NCBI RefSeq assembly: GCF_001194135.2
Contig: NC_068993.1
Span: 22,119,278 to 22,183,277 of the forward strand
DNA from: Octopus bimaculoides
Lineage: Eukaryota
DNA: 64,000 nt
Reading direction: 5' to 3'
Position 1 is the stretch's first letter; every line of letters starts with the position of its first letter. Under the pieces are notes generated by a model that worked only from the letters and a program-made list of their open reading frames with translations, was not told where the DNA came from and did no database searches. Below are positions 12,896-25,300 of this stretch, in pieces. Both the position numbers and the translations under genes were made by a program.

Positions 12896-13010
12896 CGACT
12901 ACACGTGTTTCATAACCAATTTTCAAATAGAAAGAAAATTTCAATCGATCAAAATCGATTAAAACTATCGAAAATCAATTCTATTCAAAAATATACCTCA
13001 TCTTCAGGTT
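12896..13010 (-). ncRNA. Hammerhead-like motif with unusually long (about 89 nt) stem II region
   Basis: Reverse complement: AAC-CTGAAGA-[89 nt imperfect hairpin]-GAAAC-ACGT-GTA/GTC-GTT with palindromic ACACGTGT; the base of stem II pairs poorly. Confidence 0.4.
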
Positions 13011-13249
13011 AAATACAACAATAATAATAATAAAAGAATGTATATATCAACCAACAATAAATAACAAATGAATGTATATAAAAAAATACTTATTATATTA
13101 AGATATAAAAATATTATTAAAAATATCAAAATTAGAAACATTCCATAATCAACCCCACGTCCATTATAGTATGAGCTAACAGGAATATTATATGCAAAAA
13201 CCAACTTTAACGAATTTTTCGTTCAAAATACAATTTGAACGAAGTTTTA

Positions 13250-13546
13250 GGTTAAATAATAAAGATAGAATTAGCATCTATCTAAACGATACTATAGTTT
13301 AAGCTAGAAGATTTTAGGCTAAAGTTATATATGTTTTAGACTTAAGTTATATAAAGTTTAATCTTTCATTCATAATAAAATTTTCATTCATAATAAAATG
13401 TTCATTCATATTTTTATTTCTATTCCTTTTCTTCACGCAATATTTTTACTAGACTTCTTTTAAATAAACGTTTTTAGTCTAAAATCTTCTAGCTTAAACT
13501 ATTGCATCGTTTAGATAGGTGCTAATTCTATCTTTATTATTTAACC
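13250..13546. repeat. Foldback/MITE-like element with about 75-bp inverted arms, TA on both sides
   Basis: 13250-13323 is the reverse complement of 13473-13546 with about 4 mismatches; TA at 13248-49 and 13547-48. Confidence 0.85.
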
Positions 13547-13879
13547 TACTGGCATCTCAGACATCGAAAATAGAAAACTCTAATGCTAATTGTGGTAAAA
13601 CAATCTTCTGCTGAGTGTTCTAAACATTCGTGTCGAGAGGAGCCTTACAATGCACCGCAGCAACTAACATCACTGTTGCGATCGCAAAGTGGAGCAACAG
13701 TTGAGCAACAGTTGAGCAACAGTCGAGCAACAGCTGCAGCAACACATTTATCCAAAACAACTCAGTGACTTGAATGAACGTTTGCATTGAAACGGGAGGT
13801 GAACAACCAGATATATAGAAAGATTCCTGCGAATATATAGATTATAGATATATAAAAATATTCCTGCGAACAACAAGCA

Positions 13880-14050
13880 TATTAATGTTTGGGGGCTATT
13901 TGAAAGACATCTTGGAGATACACAGGGATTGTATAGTACAAAATCCTCACAAATCTTCTCAAGCATTTCCAACCTCAATGACAGATTTCACTAATGTCCC
14001 GATGTGAATTCGTCAAATCGCAGCGGGTCATCTAAGTCATACTTAGATAA
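13880..14050 (+). pseudogene. Possible Tc1/mariner transposase C-terminal scrap
   Basis: FGGYLKDIL...IAAGHLSHT* resembles the WGYLKD..GHHFEH end of DD41D/rosa-like transposases; weak. Confidence 0.3.
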
Positions 14051-14229
14051 TCGTCGGGTTAAATAAGTTACCATAATTTTTCTCTAATAGTTGGCTATGT
14101 GGACCATACATTCGTGGCGTTACATTCAACTTAGAACAGATCAACAAATAGTAAGGCCTGGAAGCATCCTTCGTAGCTCTGAAAAGTTTGAGTGTCAGGA
14201 TTAGCCAACTATTCAAACGTTGTTTCTCG

Positions 14230-14480
14230 TAGTCCTTCCTTAGCAACAAGTGATGGGTTTTGATAAAAACGAACATCTTTTATCGACGTTTAGTGCAAAA
14301 TATGGAGCTTACATTGCACGTTCTAGGGACTGTTCGGAAAAACACGAAGGCATGAAACCCATTGGAATGGCACGAAAGGTGTGGCAGCCTAGCAACAAAT
14401 CCTCTGTCCGGATTCTGATGGTTATGGAAGACACTTTCTGCACGAATCCAAGCAGATATATGTAATTTTCCAGGAGCACT
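14230..14480 (+). pseudogene. Possible piggyBac transposase scrap
   Basis: TNIFYRRLVQNMELTLHVLGTVRKN...SGF..KTLS resembles DNFFTS..L...LTLVGTVRKN..FGF..TLVSY; weak. Confidence 0.3.
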
Positions 14481-15174
14481 TGCACAATTGGTCGAGCGAA
14501 ATACTCAACAGCGTACATCATACATTCCAACCAGCGGTCATCTCGTACAACAGTCACTGCTGCTGCTCTTCACGCTATTGTTAGTATTTCTGATGCTAAT
14601 GGTGATGTAGTTATTGTTGCAGTTGTTGGGGTTGTTGAGATTGCAGTGTTGGCAGTAGGGGAAGATTTCTTTCAGCAACCGCTTTCTGTTTCTGTCATTA
14701 TTGCGTGCAGAAAGCATTTCACTGCCTACCAAATGGCTGATTCCAACTGTACGTTTATGATTTTTATTCTGATCACATTCCGTATGAGGTAAACCAAAAT
14801 ATCAGTATAAATTCCTTATTTTACATGAGACGATAGAGTGTTTCTGCGCTCCAAGTGAAAATTTTGCCATACACAGTTATACCGGTTGTCATTAATCATA
14901 AAGTCTCTGTCTCTTTCAATATTTTTCAGACATAGTTCTGTTTGTTCCGGGGAGATTTGCTTCTGTCTAAATATTTTCAAAAACATTTCTATCACCATTT
15001 GTTTGTCTTTCCTCTACCCCCACCCTAAGCTACTTTGGATCATTGGAGCTGTTTGTGTTTTCTGATTTCTGAATGAGACTAAATTGAATGTTTTGACTGC
15101 ATATGAGCAGAAATGCGTTCAGCTTTATAACAGTAGTGATTACAACAACAACAACTACTACTACTACTACGAAA

Positions 15175-15212
<38 letters not shown>

Positions 15213-15218
15213 CAACAG

Positions 15219-15432
15219 TCCTTTGTACTATCGGCACACAGTCTAAAATTTGAGGGGAGGGGGTCTAGTCGATTACATCGACCGCAGTGCGTAACTGGTA
15301 CTTATTTCATAGACCTCCAAAGATGAAAGGCAAAGTCAACCTCTGCGGAATTTGAACACAGCAAAGTAAGGACGGACGAAACGCTGCTAAGCATTTTGTC
15401 CAGTGTGCTAACGATTCTGCCAGCTCCTCGCC
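15219..15432 (-). mobile_element. SINE-1 (tail type A)
   Basis: Full core and head; (AAT)n(AAC)n on the left. Confidence 0.85.
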
Positions 15433-15440
15433 TGTATCAG

Positions 15441-15650
15441 CTTCCCAATTTTGGCACAAGGTCAGCGATATCGGGAGAGGGGATAAATCGATTACATCCC
15501 CAATACTGAACTGCTAACTATTTTATCGACCCCGAAAGGATGAAGGGGAAAAGTCGACCACGGCGGAATTTGAACACAGAACGCAAAGACAGACGAAATA
15601 CTGCTAAGCATTTTTCTCGATGTGCTAAGGATTCTGACACTTCACTACCT
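15441..15650 (-). mobile_element. SINE-1 (tail type B), tandem with the previous copy
   Basis: TTGTGCCAAAATTGGGAAG end on the reverse complement; (AAT)n(GAA)n on the right. Confidence 0.85.
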
Positions 15651-15664
15651 TAATAATAATAATG

Positions 15665-15759
<95 letters not shown>

Positions 15760-15831
15760 AAGAAGAAGAAGAAGAAGAAGAAGAAGAAGAAGAAGAAGAA
15801 GAAGAAGAAGAAGAAGAAGAANNNNNNNNNN

Positions 15832-16125
15832 AGGAATGATAAAAAAAAAAAGTACTGAAACCTATTTGAAAACGATACTAGGCTTACTATCCCTACAGGA
15901 AGTGCAAAAAAATCGTGTTAACTGGAACAACTCATGTACTGAGAAGAGCATTATCGCTGTGAAAACAAGATCCATTCATGAATTTATTTATTTATTAATA
16001 TTTTTAAATTCATATTTTACCTGTGAATTTGCGTGTGTAAACTGGGAATGCATACAATGAACTTCTCTGCCCTAGGTGTACGGAAAACACTCGGCAAGAA
16101 ATGGAAGAAAATTTGAAGAAAGAAG
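15832..16125 (+). mobile_element. R4/Dong LINE 3' end with 3' UTR
   Basis: GMIKK..ETYLKTILGLLSLQEVQK.VLTGTTHVLRRALSL*, then a UTR similar to 17410-17580. Confidence 0.8.
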
Positions 16126-16169
16126 AAGAAAAAACAACATAATAATGATAATAACAACAACTATGACGA

Positions 16170-16530
16170 TTTAAAGTGTGAAATACTAAGGTTGTGGTGA
16201 ATGAAGAGACGTGATACCAATATTAATTATCGGATTTGGAAGTTACCATAGGATCAGACACCTATCTGAAGTACACCAATGACTGGATGCCTAAACTTTT
16301 TAGTAAACATGAACATACCAAGAAACTGTACTCAATATTAGAAGAAGCACATAAATATGTAAAGTAATTGAAAATTACTGAGACTGACGTGCAGCTAGGC
16401 GAAACAGAAGAACCCAATATGATAGTGAAGTAAACAAAAACACAAGCCAGATCTAATCGAATTGCGGAATAGAAGGAAAATTAAGACACTGCATGGCAAA
16501 TACCCAGAGTCGTCTAAGCAGCATTATAGG
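16170..16530 (+). pseudogene. Rearranged R4/Dong LINE pieces
   Basis: LKCEILRLW..IPILI (RLE) followed by post-RT sequence ending TLHGKYP. Confidence 0.5.
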
Positions 16531-17042
16531 TCCCTTCTAAATTAATGCACTGGGTCCTATAGTATTTATTTATTGAAAGCAATCCTTAGTATACATAAAT
16601 CAGAATCGGTTCCCTAGATGTATGAAGTCCCTAGACAACTGCCCTGATGGCTCTGTAAATATCATACAAAGGCCAGCAATCTTGATGTTGATAGAAATAT
16701 GATCCATTAATGGTTGGCTGCAGAAATAGCGAGCTTCATTATCGCAGCCCAATATTGAGCAGGTTCTTAACTCTTCAATTCTGGTCTCCTTTCTATACAG
16801 TGTATCATTGCTAATCATAAATAACATACATAGTAAAACGTGAAACTTGCTGTTACTTGAGATCACTTGGTAAGACGAGGATCATCTCGTATAAAGCAAA
16901 GCAACAACAACAACAGCATAAACAATAATAATAATAATAAAAAAGTAATGTAAGTTTTAACCGCAGTAAGGTATACATCAAGACATGACAGAGTTGGCTA
17001 ATATTTACATTGGTTAATATGTCGGTAATATTAAAGCAAAAC

Positions 17043-17580
17043 TGTGGACAAGTGGTCTAAGTATCACAATGAGGTTGTACACGAGGGAAACACGTAATAG
17101 TTGTTTGCGACTTTTCAGTACATATAGATAGAACCATCAAATTTAATAAAGCGGAAATTGTTGTAAAAGATACTTGAGTGTCCTTTGTGATCATGATACT
17201 TCGGTAAAAGAATTTGGGAAGCTCCTTGAATACAAAGATTTACTCAATGAAATCGGAAAAAAAGGTGATATGTCAAGGCGCTCAAGGAATTATCAAAAAA
17301 GGAACTGAGAATTATTTGAGAATGAACATTGGTTTACTATCTCTACATGAAGTACAAAAGGTTGTTTTAACTGGTATGTCACAGCTATTCAGAAGAGCAT
17401 TGTCACTGTGAGAACGATTACTTTCCATATAAATAAATGTTTCCACATAACTTTATTTGACTTTGGTAAATGAACAGTCTAGTTGTTTATTTTAATGGTC
17501 AATCTACGTAAACAGTGAGTTTCTTTGTCCTGGGTGTCGGGAAAATACGTGACAAGAAATGAAAACAAAATTGAAAGAAG
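17043..17580 (+). mobile_element. R4/Dong LINE RLE domain plus 3' UTR, decayed
   Basis: DKWSKYHNEVVHEG..DFSVHIDRTIK.NKAEIVVKD...GIIKKGTENYL..LSLHEVQKVVLTGMSQLFRRALSL*. Confidence 0.8.
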
Positions 17581-18389
17581 AAAACCTCATAGTACTTATG
17601 ATAATAATTAAGAAAAACTTCCAGCTGCGTAATCTACTGAAAATTGTATATGCGACCATTTTAGAGAACCTATTGAAAATTGTTGAAAAATACCATGGGG
17701 GAGAATCAATAATATTTTATGAATCCAGTCAAGTTCGAAATATAAAAACAAAAGACAAGAAAACATACACCAAAGCTAAACTTTGTTTAGGCCGACTAAC
17801 CTACCCTGAGTTGCGTAGTCAAATTTACCATAAAACTGAAACTACTGAGAACATAAAAGCAATTATACTATTATTTGCAAATGGTCAAGTGGTTAAAACA
17901 CTGTGAGTGAAACTATTTAAATATTTTATGAATCCAGTCAAGGTATAAAAATGAGAAGGAAATACAATATATGTTTAGAAAATCTACTAAAATTGTTAAT
18001 GAATTTAACGAAATATAATATTGGATATAGGCAATACGCAGTTGGTGACTGTTTGAAATTACCTTATCGATAAATGTGAGAATGAATTAGACAATTCTCT
18101 TTTCTTTATTAAAAACGGTACAATATTACCAATCATTTCTGCCTACCAGACTTAATTACGGTAGAGAATCAGGAGTCTTTAATATAACTAATTCTATATA
18201 GAACTTACTTTGTCTAATAAAATAGATAATACGAGTACTTAAGGAAGGCTACAGACAACTGCAAGAAAGAATGCCAGATTTATTTTCGTTGCATTACTTT
18301 CTCAAATTTTACCATACCGTGCATGGCTTAATCTTTAGCACATTTACTTCTAAATCACAAAATTTTTGGTAGGTAAAAGTGTCAGCTCA

Positions 18390-20730
18390 AGCTATGTATG
18401 TGAAGTTGTGTAGATGGAGTTTGGAAATATTTTTATGGACATACTTGCATCTGAAAGATCTAACTTTCCCCCATGCTATGTCATAATAATTCTCCCTGAG
18501 AATTTTGTCAATAATACACGTTTCTGTAGAACACTCAACTATTTCATACGTTAATTCTAAGAATACGTCATTCGGTTGATCAAGCAACATCAGAATTGAA
18601 GGGCATATTAAACAATGTAGTCGTAGAAATACAAAAATATGTATCTGATCGTAATTGAATAATTGAATCGTTTTTTATTATAGGTTTGCTCGGTCAGGGC
18701 TGACAGAGATGAAAGTTGCTACAAAAGAATATGCTTTAGCCCTTGGACATATGGTTGCACTCATAGCCAATCATACTTCATCAGCTCTTAATAATTCTTC
18801 CCAAGACTCGTTCTATCGAAAGACTTTTGCATCTTCGTGTGTTAACCAACCTCATGTTTTACGTCAATGAAAAAGGAAAGTGCGATTTTCATCGCAAGCA
18901 CATCGGTCAACGTGTCTCTCATCGATTAACTGGACTCATTATAATCATATATTCTCTAACATTACTTCTGTGCAATTTTGCTGAGTCTACTCTCTTGGCT
19001 CTTTTCAAACACGTTCCTCAGTAGTTGCTGGAAATCACACGGTGAATTCTCACATAATTCGGTTGTTGTAGATTCTTGCGCACCAGGAATGCACACTGAA
19101 TCGACGCGTTCAGCGTCCAGTAACAAGGCCCTTTTGTATGTGTCCTGTCTCGGTTCACCATATAGATAGCAAACGTTTGATTTCTGTAGATGACCAGATG
19201 AAATTCTGAGCATCCTAAGCTACATCTATCCACTGACCTTACAAATGCTGTATCTCGTATACAGCATTACCAATCAAAATGATGCGATATCATTCCAATT
19301 CAAAATGCAAGTTGGAAGGCTGAAACTGCTTGAGTAGACTTACAAGGTTTTCACACTCAGTTATCGGGTTTTTCCAAGTGATCTCAGCGTACATCCAAGA
19401 TGTCAGTCCAGTCTTTCATTTTACAAAATACTGGGACGTTTCCAAGATTGCTTATGAATCATGAAAAGTATGGATGTCATTCTCAATGCACCATCATCAC
19501 TGTGGTTCATGACCAGGAATACCTTTTTATCATCCTTGTCAAAGTAGATCGGCTGTACTTCCGACACCAGACCTGTTTAAAACATTATCACTCTGTTCGA
19601 TTCGAATCGATTAAAAGTGCCACACTTCTCTGTCGTAGAGAGAGAAAACGGGTCACACGTCGCGGAAATCCCGGTCCGTCTGAGGTCACATCTAAATCCA
19701 GTTACCTGAAGTCTTTAAACAATTCATCCTGTTTAAGGCCTTTTCAAGTTATGCGCACTTATGCAACCGACTTTCATTGCCGTCCTATCGATCAGAGATT
19801 AAATTGATACACGAGAAATCTACAAACCATTGCGGTGCAAGATTTTCATATGACATGGAACATTTAAATTTAAATAGCAAGTATAATTTAGAGAAACCTA
19901 TGAACATTTTTCTCTGGTTGTAAGCTAAGAAGAATTTTTAATTTAATCTGAAACCAGTTGGTCGGTAATGAGACTTGATTTCATAAATGCGCATATCCTG
20001 AGAAAGACTTTAAACAAGATCAAATACTTAATAGCATCAGGTTATTAGATTCGGATGTGACCTGAGTCAGATCGAGATTTCCACGATATGTGACCCATTC
20101 TCCTTGTCGTACGTCTCGATTAATCGATCCGCATCGAGGAGAGTATTAATGTGTCAGAGAGATCTGGTGTTGGAGGTACAGAAAATCTACCAGGATACGG
20201 ATGGTAACAAGATAATACTGGTCGGGAACAACAGCAGTAGTGGTGCAATTAGTAGCAGTAGTTTATGAACGTTACTGGGACTAGACTAGAGAGGACGCCT
20301 AGGCAGGCTCCTAGCTACTGGAAGATGAACGCGTTAATCCTGATGTTCGTTCCTGGCACAAAAATGTCTACGGAAATCCATTTAAACGGTTGCTAAGAAC
20401 TAATGATGCACGTCTTAAGTTTACAATGACAAAGCAAACTTATTACCAAAGACGTTCTAACACCGATCAGTTCCATCTTTTTGTATATCTACGACTACAT
20501 TGTTTTATATGTCGTTCAATTCTGAGGTTGTTTGATCAACCGAATGACGTATTCTTAGAATTAACGTATAAAATAGTTGAGTATTCTACAGAAAAGTGTA
20601 CCCTTGACAAAATTCCCAAGGCAAATCAACGTGACACAGCATATGATAAAACTATACATTCCAATTACAAGTATATACATCAGAAGGTCTTCTAAACAAT
20701 GTCTACCCAATTTCACATATGAAGCTTGTG
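18390..20730. repeat. Old inverted duplication (arms 18390-19805 and 19940-20730)
   Basis: Reverse complement of the left arm aligns collinearly with the right arm at about 70% by eye, e.g. GATCAACCGAATGACGTATTCTTAGAATTAACGTAT is shared; the right arm has two deletions. Confidence 0.85.
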
Positions 20731-21403
20731 TTGTCTCAAGAGTGTGGTAAAAGAGACCTGCCCAAGATGCCATGTAGTGATATTGGGCCATAAATTTTGA
20801 TGCCGAGATAAATACCTTAAACATTTGGCCATAATGCATTCACATAAAAAAAAAATAAAAGGAAATTAAAACAAGCTGTTATTTCTAATAGTTGCCTATA
20901 GGCTTCTTTGTGGTCTGGTGTTGTTTAATTTCCTGGATGAAATATGTTTTATATGCATCTATATGGATTAGAGATTCTCTAATGTAATTCGGTCTGGTGT
21001 GCAGATTTGGTTGGAAACCTAGTGTCATTTTGTTGTTCAAGAAGGTAAATTTGTTCGATCTCGTTCCCATATTTATACATGAGCTAATTTCAAATACAAT
21101 TTTATTAGACATTGACTGCGCATTGTCTATACCCATTTTTATATTTCATGAAATCTATTAACAATTTTAGGAGTTTTTCCAACTACATCTTCCATTTAAT
21201 TCTCATTTTTTTTTTTCTCTTGGCTTGCTTCATAAAAGATTTCAATAGAGCTTCACTATTGTAAAGCTCTAAAATGCCCGAAAACTCCTTGGCTCTCGAG
21301 ATATACTGAATATCGGGCATTATTTCTTGGGTTGTTTCTTCCACGTCTGATTAGATGTCTCCGGCCGTTTTGTGCTCCTGAAGGCATAATCATATAACTG
21401 CTT

Positions 21404-21460
<57 letters not shown>

Positions 21461-21485
21461 CGCGCGCGCGTGCGTGCGTGCGTGT

Positions 21486-21872
21486 GAGATTTTATGATTC
21501 AGTGCGACTATTAGATAGAGAATAGGAAGCCGGACATAGTCTTAATTGAGAAAGAAAAGCGATAAGGAAGAAAGAAAAGTCGATTGGTATGACAGGTTAG
21601 CTTGGGATGTTAAGCAGTTGTTGACGATGAAAAAGATGGTAGTAGTATCAATAATTGTTGGAGCCCTGTGATCAGTGGGTAAAAATCTTGAGAAGTACAT
21701 GGAGCAAATAAGGGCTACAATATGGGTGGAGCACTTGCAGAAAACAGCACTGCTTTGAACCGCTCCAATACTCCGGAAGGTGCTCGAAAAATAAGGGGTG
21801 TTACCTTAGTTCACTGGTAGTGAACACCTGACACCATAGTAGATTATCCAGCATTTGAAGCTGCGCAAAGTC
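21486..21872 (+). mobile_element. R4-clade LINE 3' end (second subfamily) with (AAT)n tail
   Basis: DFMIQCDY.IENRKPDIVLIEK...IIVGAL..VGKNLEKYMEQI...LQKTALL.TA.ILRKVLEK*, then UTR and AATAATAAT. Confidence 0.8.
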
Positions 21873-21890
21873 AATAATAATGATAATAAT

Positions 21891-22104
21891 GGTTTCAAAT
21901 TTTGTCACAAGGGCAGCCATTTTGGGGGAAGGGATACGTCGACTACATCGACTCCAGTGTTTAACTGGTACTTGATTTATCGACCCCGAAATGAGGAAAA
22001 GCAAAGTCGACCTCTGCGGAATTTGAACTCAGTAAGCAGCAGCAGACGAAATACCGTTAAGCATTTCGCCCACCGTGCTAAGAATTCTGCCAGCTCACCG
22101 CCTT
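21891..22104 (-). mobile_element. SINE-1 (tail type B)
   Basis: Full copy between the LINE (AAT) tail and (AAT)n. Confidence 0.9.
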
Positions 22105-22113
22105 AAAAATAAC

Positions 22114-22176
<63 letters not shown>

Positions 22177-22392
22177 TTCTACTAAAGGATCAAGGCCTGA
22201 AAATTGCAGGGAGTGGGGATAGTCGATTACATAGGCACCAGAGTTTCACTGGTACTTAATTTATCAACCCCGAAAGAACGAAAAGCAATGTCGACCTCGG
22301 AGGAATTTGAACTCAGAATGTAAGGACAGACGATGTCCCCCTAAGCATAGCGCCCAGCGTGCTAACGAGCGATTCTGCTAGCTCACCACCTT
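22177..22392 (-). mobile_element. SINE-1 (tail type A)
   Basis: Full copy with (AAT)n on both sides. Confidence 0.9.
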
Positions 22393-22653
22393 CATAATAA
22401 TAATAATAATAATAATGATAATAATAATAATGATGATGATGATGGTGATGATGATCATGATCATGATCATGATGAGTTAAAACAACAAAGAAGAAGAAGA
22501 AGAAAGAAGAGGAGGGTGAGGAGGGAAAAAAGAAGAAGAAGAAGAAGAAGAAGAAGAAGAAGAAGAAGAAGAAGAAGAAGAAGAAGAAGAAGAAGAAGAA
22601 GAAGAAGAAGAAGAAGAAGAAGAAGAAGAAGAAGAAGAAGAAGAAGAAGAAGA
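22393..22653. repeat. Compound microsatellite (AAT)n-(GAT)n-(CATGAT)n-(GAA)n
   Basis: Seen directly in the sequence. Confidence 0.95.
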
Positions 22654-23380
22654 ATGTGTGCTTTTTTATTTTGACAGAAAATTTGATTTAGAAATATTTA
22701 ATGTCAGAGATGGAAAAAAAAAAAAATTAGATTGCAATGGAATACAGTGTGACAAAATCTGAAAACTCGCAGAATTCTTCCAGCTGTACTTATGTAAATA
22801 ATTCTGTATGGACAGAACTGTTGTGTTTCTAAACATGCCTGAAGCAGTATTCATATATTTGGATAAGATTTCAAAAAAGGAGCAGAGAAAACAGAATGAT
22901 TCTATTCACATGATAATTTCCGAAATTACCGAAGTGCGAATTTGACTATTTACTTAAATCGACCTCTTTCCCTATCTGTCAATTATCAAGTGACTGCCAG
23001 AAAGCAAATTCCTTGTAGCTATAGATATATATACATAAATCCATACATATATATAGGTGTACACACACACACATACTGCTATGTCCGTGCATGCGTTATA
23101 TATTTGTATACATAATTATAGGTAAGCACCTGAGATTTTAATGTAATCTGCATAAAAGTTTATATGTAGTTAAAGTCTAACCTAATTTAGTATTTGGTTG
23201 GATATCATAAATATTCATGGATATATTACAGTTTATAGAAGATTTTCAGTGTCAATAGCACCCAATAAACGCTCGCGCAATCGCGTACGTGTATGTGTAG
23301 GTGTCAGAACGTATGCACGCTGTACATATGTGTGTGTTCGTGTGTGTGTATGTGTGTGTGTGTGTGAGTTTGTGTGTGTA

Positions 23381-23450
<70 letters not shown>

Positions 23451-23800
23451 TTAATTAGCTGCTTATTTTTCAAGAAATTAATAGCGGTTGCGTCTTTCCC
23501 TGATATATTTAAATGTATTGCAGTCATACACTCGGGTTGTATGTAACTTTCTTACTCTTTATTTACCTAAGTGTGTGTGCATGTGTATATTTTCCACGTA
23601 NNNNNNNNNNNNNNNNNNNNNNNNNNNNNNNNNNNNNNNNNNNNNNNNNNNNNNNNNNNNNNNNNNNNNNNNNNNNNNNNNNNNNNNNNNNNNNNNNNNN
23701 NNNNNNNNNNNNNNNNNNNNNNNNNNNNNNNNNNNNNNNNNNNNNNNNNNNNNNNNNNNNNNNNNNNNNNNNNNNNNNNNNNNNNNNNNNNNNNNNNNNN

Positions 23801-23860
<60 letters not shown>

Positions 23861-23974
23861 ACGTTAACAAAGTGACACGTGCATACCTACACCATGTCAT
23901 TTTACATCATCAGACGTGTGTAAACTTCACAATCATGGTACCTTTATATCGGTGGGAAAACTAAAGGTTACTTA

Positions 23975-24384
23975 GTGATGTTTTATGCTCTTTCACCATC
24001 GTGTTGATAGAGATCTCCCTCTATTTTCAGTAATCATCTCAGTGTCACAATATTTCATCTCTTAGTCCAGCTTCTTTGAGAGGGACAGCAAGGACAGGTT
24101 TTATCTTCACCTAGAGAATGGTTCCTTCTCCGTTGCCTTGTGAACTTAATGGCTTTGAGCTGTTTTAGTTGCCTTGACCAAATTTCTAGTGCATTTCTTA
24201 TTTGTTTTCGCTCCATAACAACTATTATTATCATTCTTTCCTTTTTTTTTTGTTTTTGTGAGAAACAGGATATTGGTCTTACTGGGAAACTGCAGAAGCC
24301 GTCTTCATTATTGAATGAGGATGCAGGTCATTCTTTGATAAGAGCCTCATCAGCCAAATTTTTGTATTTGGCTTCCTTCAGTTG
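23975..24384 (-). mobile_element. Hero/NeSL-like RLE LINE 3' end
   Basis: QLKEAKYKNLADEALIKE..and NLVKATKTAQSH.VHK resemble the KxxKYxxL..GW..and AAExASHWLW end of Hero elements. Confidence 0.45.
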
Positions 24385-24385
24385 T

Positions 24386-24610
24386 GGAGATGCGTGGTTT
24401 AGTAGTTAGGGTATTGCACTAAAAAAACGTAGCATTGTGGTTTCGATTCTTGGAATAGATGATGCGTTGTATTCTCGAGCAAAACACGTCATTTCACGTT
24501 GCTTCAGTCTACTCAGCTGGCAAAAATGAGCGACCAAGCGACAGATCGGTGTCCCGTGCACAGGAAAAAGGGAAACCGAACGCATGAGCATATGAGTCGA
24601 GAAGAAACTT
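24386..24610 (+). mobile_element. SINE-3 (third tRNA-headed family)
   Basis: GGAGATGCGTGGTTTAGTAGTTAGG (box A) ...GGTTTCGATTCT (box B) ...CTCGAGCAAAACAC...CTACTCAGCTGGCAAAAATGAG. Confidence 0.65.
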
Positions 24611-25049
24611 TGATCTGTCACTTCAGTTTGTAATGTGTGTAGGAGTGTCTGTGTGAATCGGTGCTTAAAAAAAAAACTAAACTAAATATGAGAGTGTTGA
24701 CTACGATTCATACAATGTGTTTATGTTTTGGAATCTGAAACTACACATTGTTGCCACTGTAAGATTCCGTCTATTTACATAGCGTTATAAATTTCTCACT
24801 CCCACTGATATGTTCATATTACCTATGTAACTTAAGTGTCTCAAGTTCATTCTTGAGAATTCATTGAGCTCTAATACTACTACTACTACGACGGCGACGA
24901 CGACGACGACGATGATGATGATAAGGAGGTGGAGGAGGAAAGGAGGAGGAGGAGGAAGAGGAGTAGGGGAGGACAAGGATGACGACGACGATGACCATGA
25001 CTACAACAACATCAACAACAACGACAGGAACCGCAACAATAATAATAAG

Positions 25050-25268
25050 GGTTTCCGATTTTAGCACAAAGCCAGAAATGTATATTAGACGTTGAGCCCT
25101 GGATCGATTACACTCACCTCAGTGCTCAACTAGTAGTTATTTCGTTGATCCCGAGAGGATGGAAGACAAAATCGACTCCCAGCAGCATTTAAACTCAGAA
25201 TGTACAGTCGGAAGGAAAGTCGCTAAGCATTTTGTTCGGCGCAGTAATGATATTGCAACCCGCTGCTT
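25050..25268 (-). mobile_element. SINE-1 (tail type B)
   Basis: Full copy; (AAT) on the left, (AAC)n on the right. Confidence 0.8.
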
Positions 25269-25269
25269 T

Positions 25270-25300
<31 letters not shown>

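Noticed and set aside
13692-13744. (GAGCAACAGTT)x4 as a CRISPR-like or iteron array
   Set aside because: Contiguous 11-bp minisatellite without spacers, in eukaryotic context.
19480-19530. VMNHSDDGAL on the - strand resembling the SDD motif C of negative-strand RNA virus polymerases
   Set aside because: No motif A or B at the right spacing, and the paralogous arm reads GNNSSSGA.
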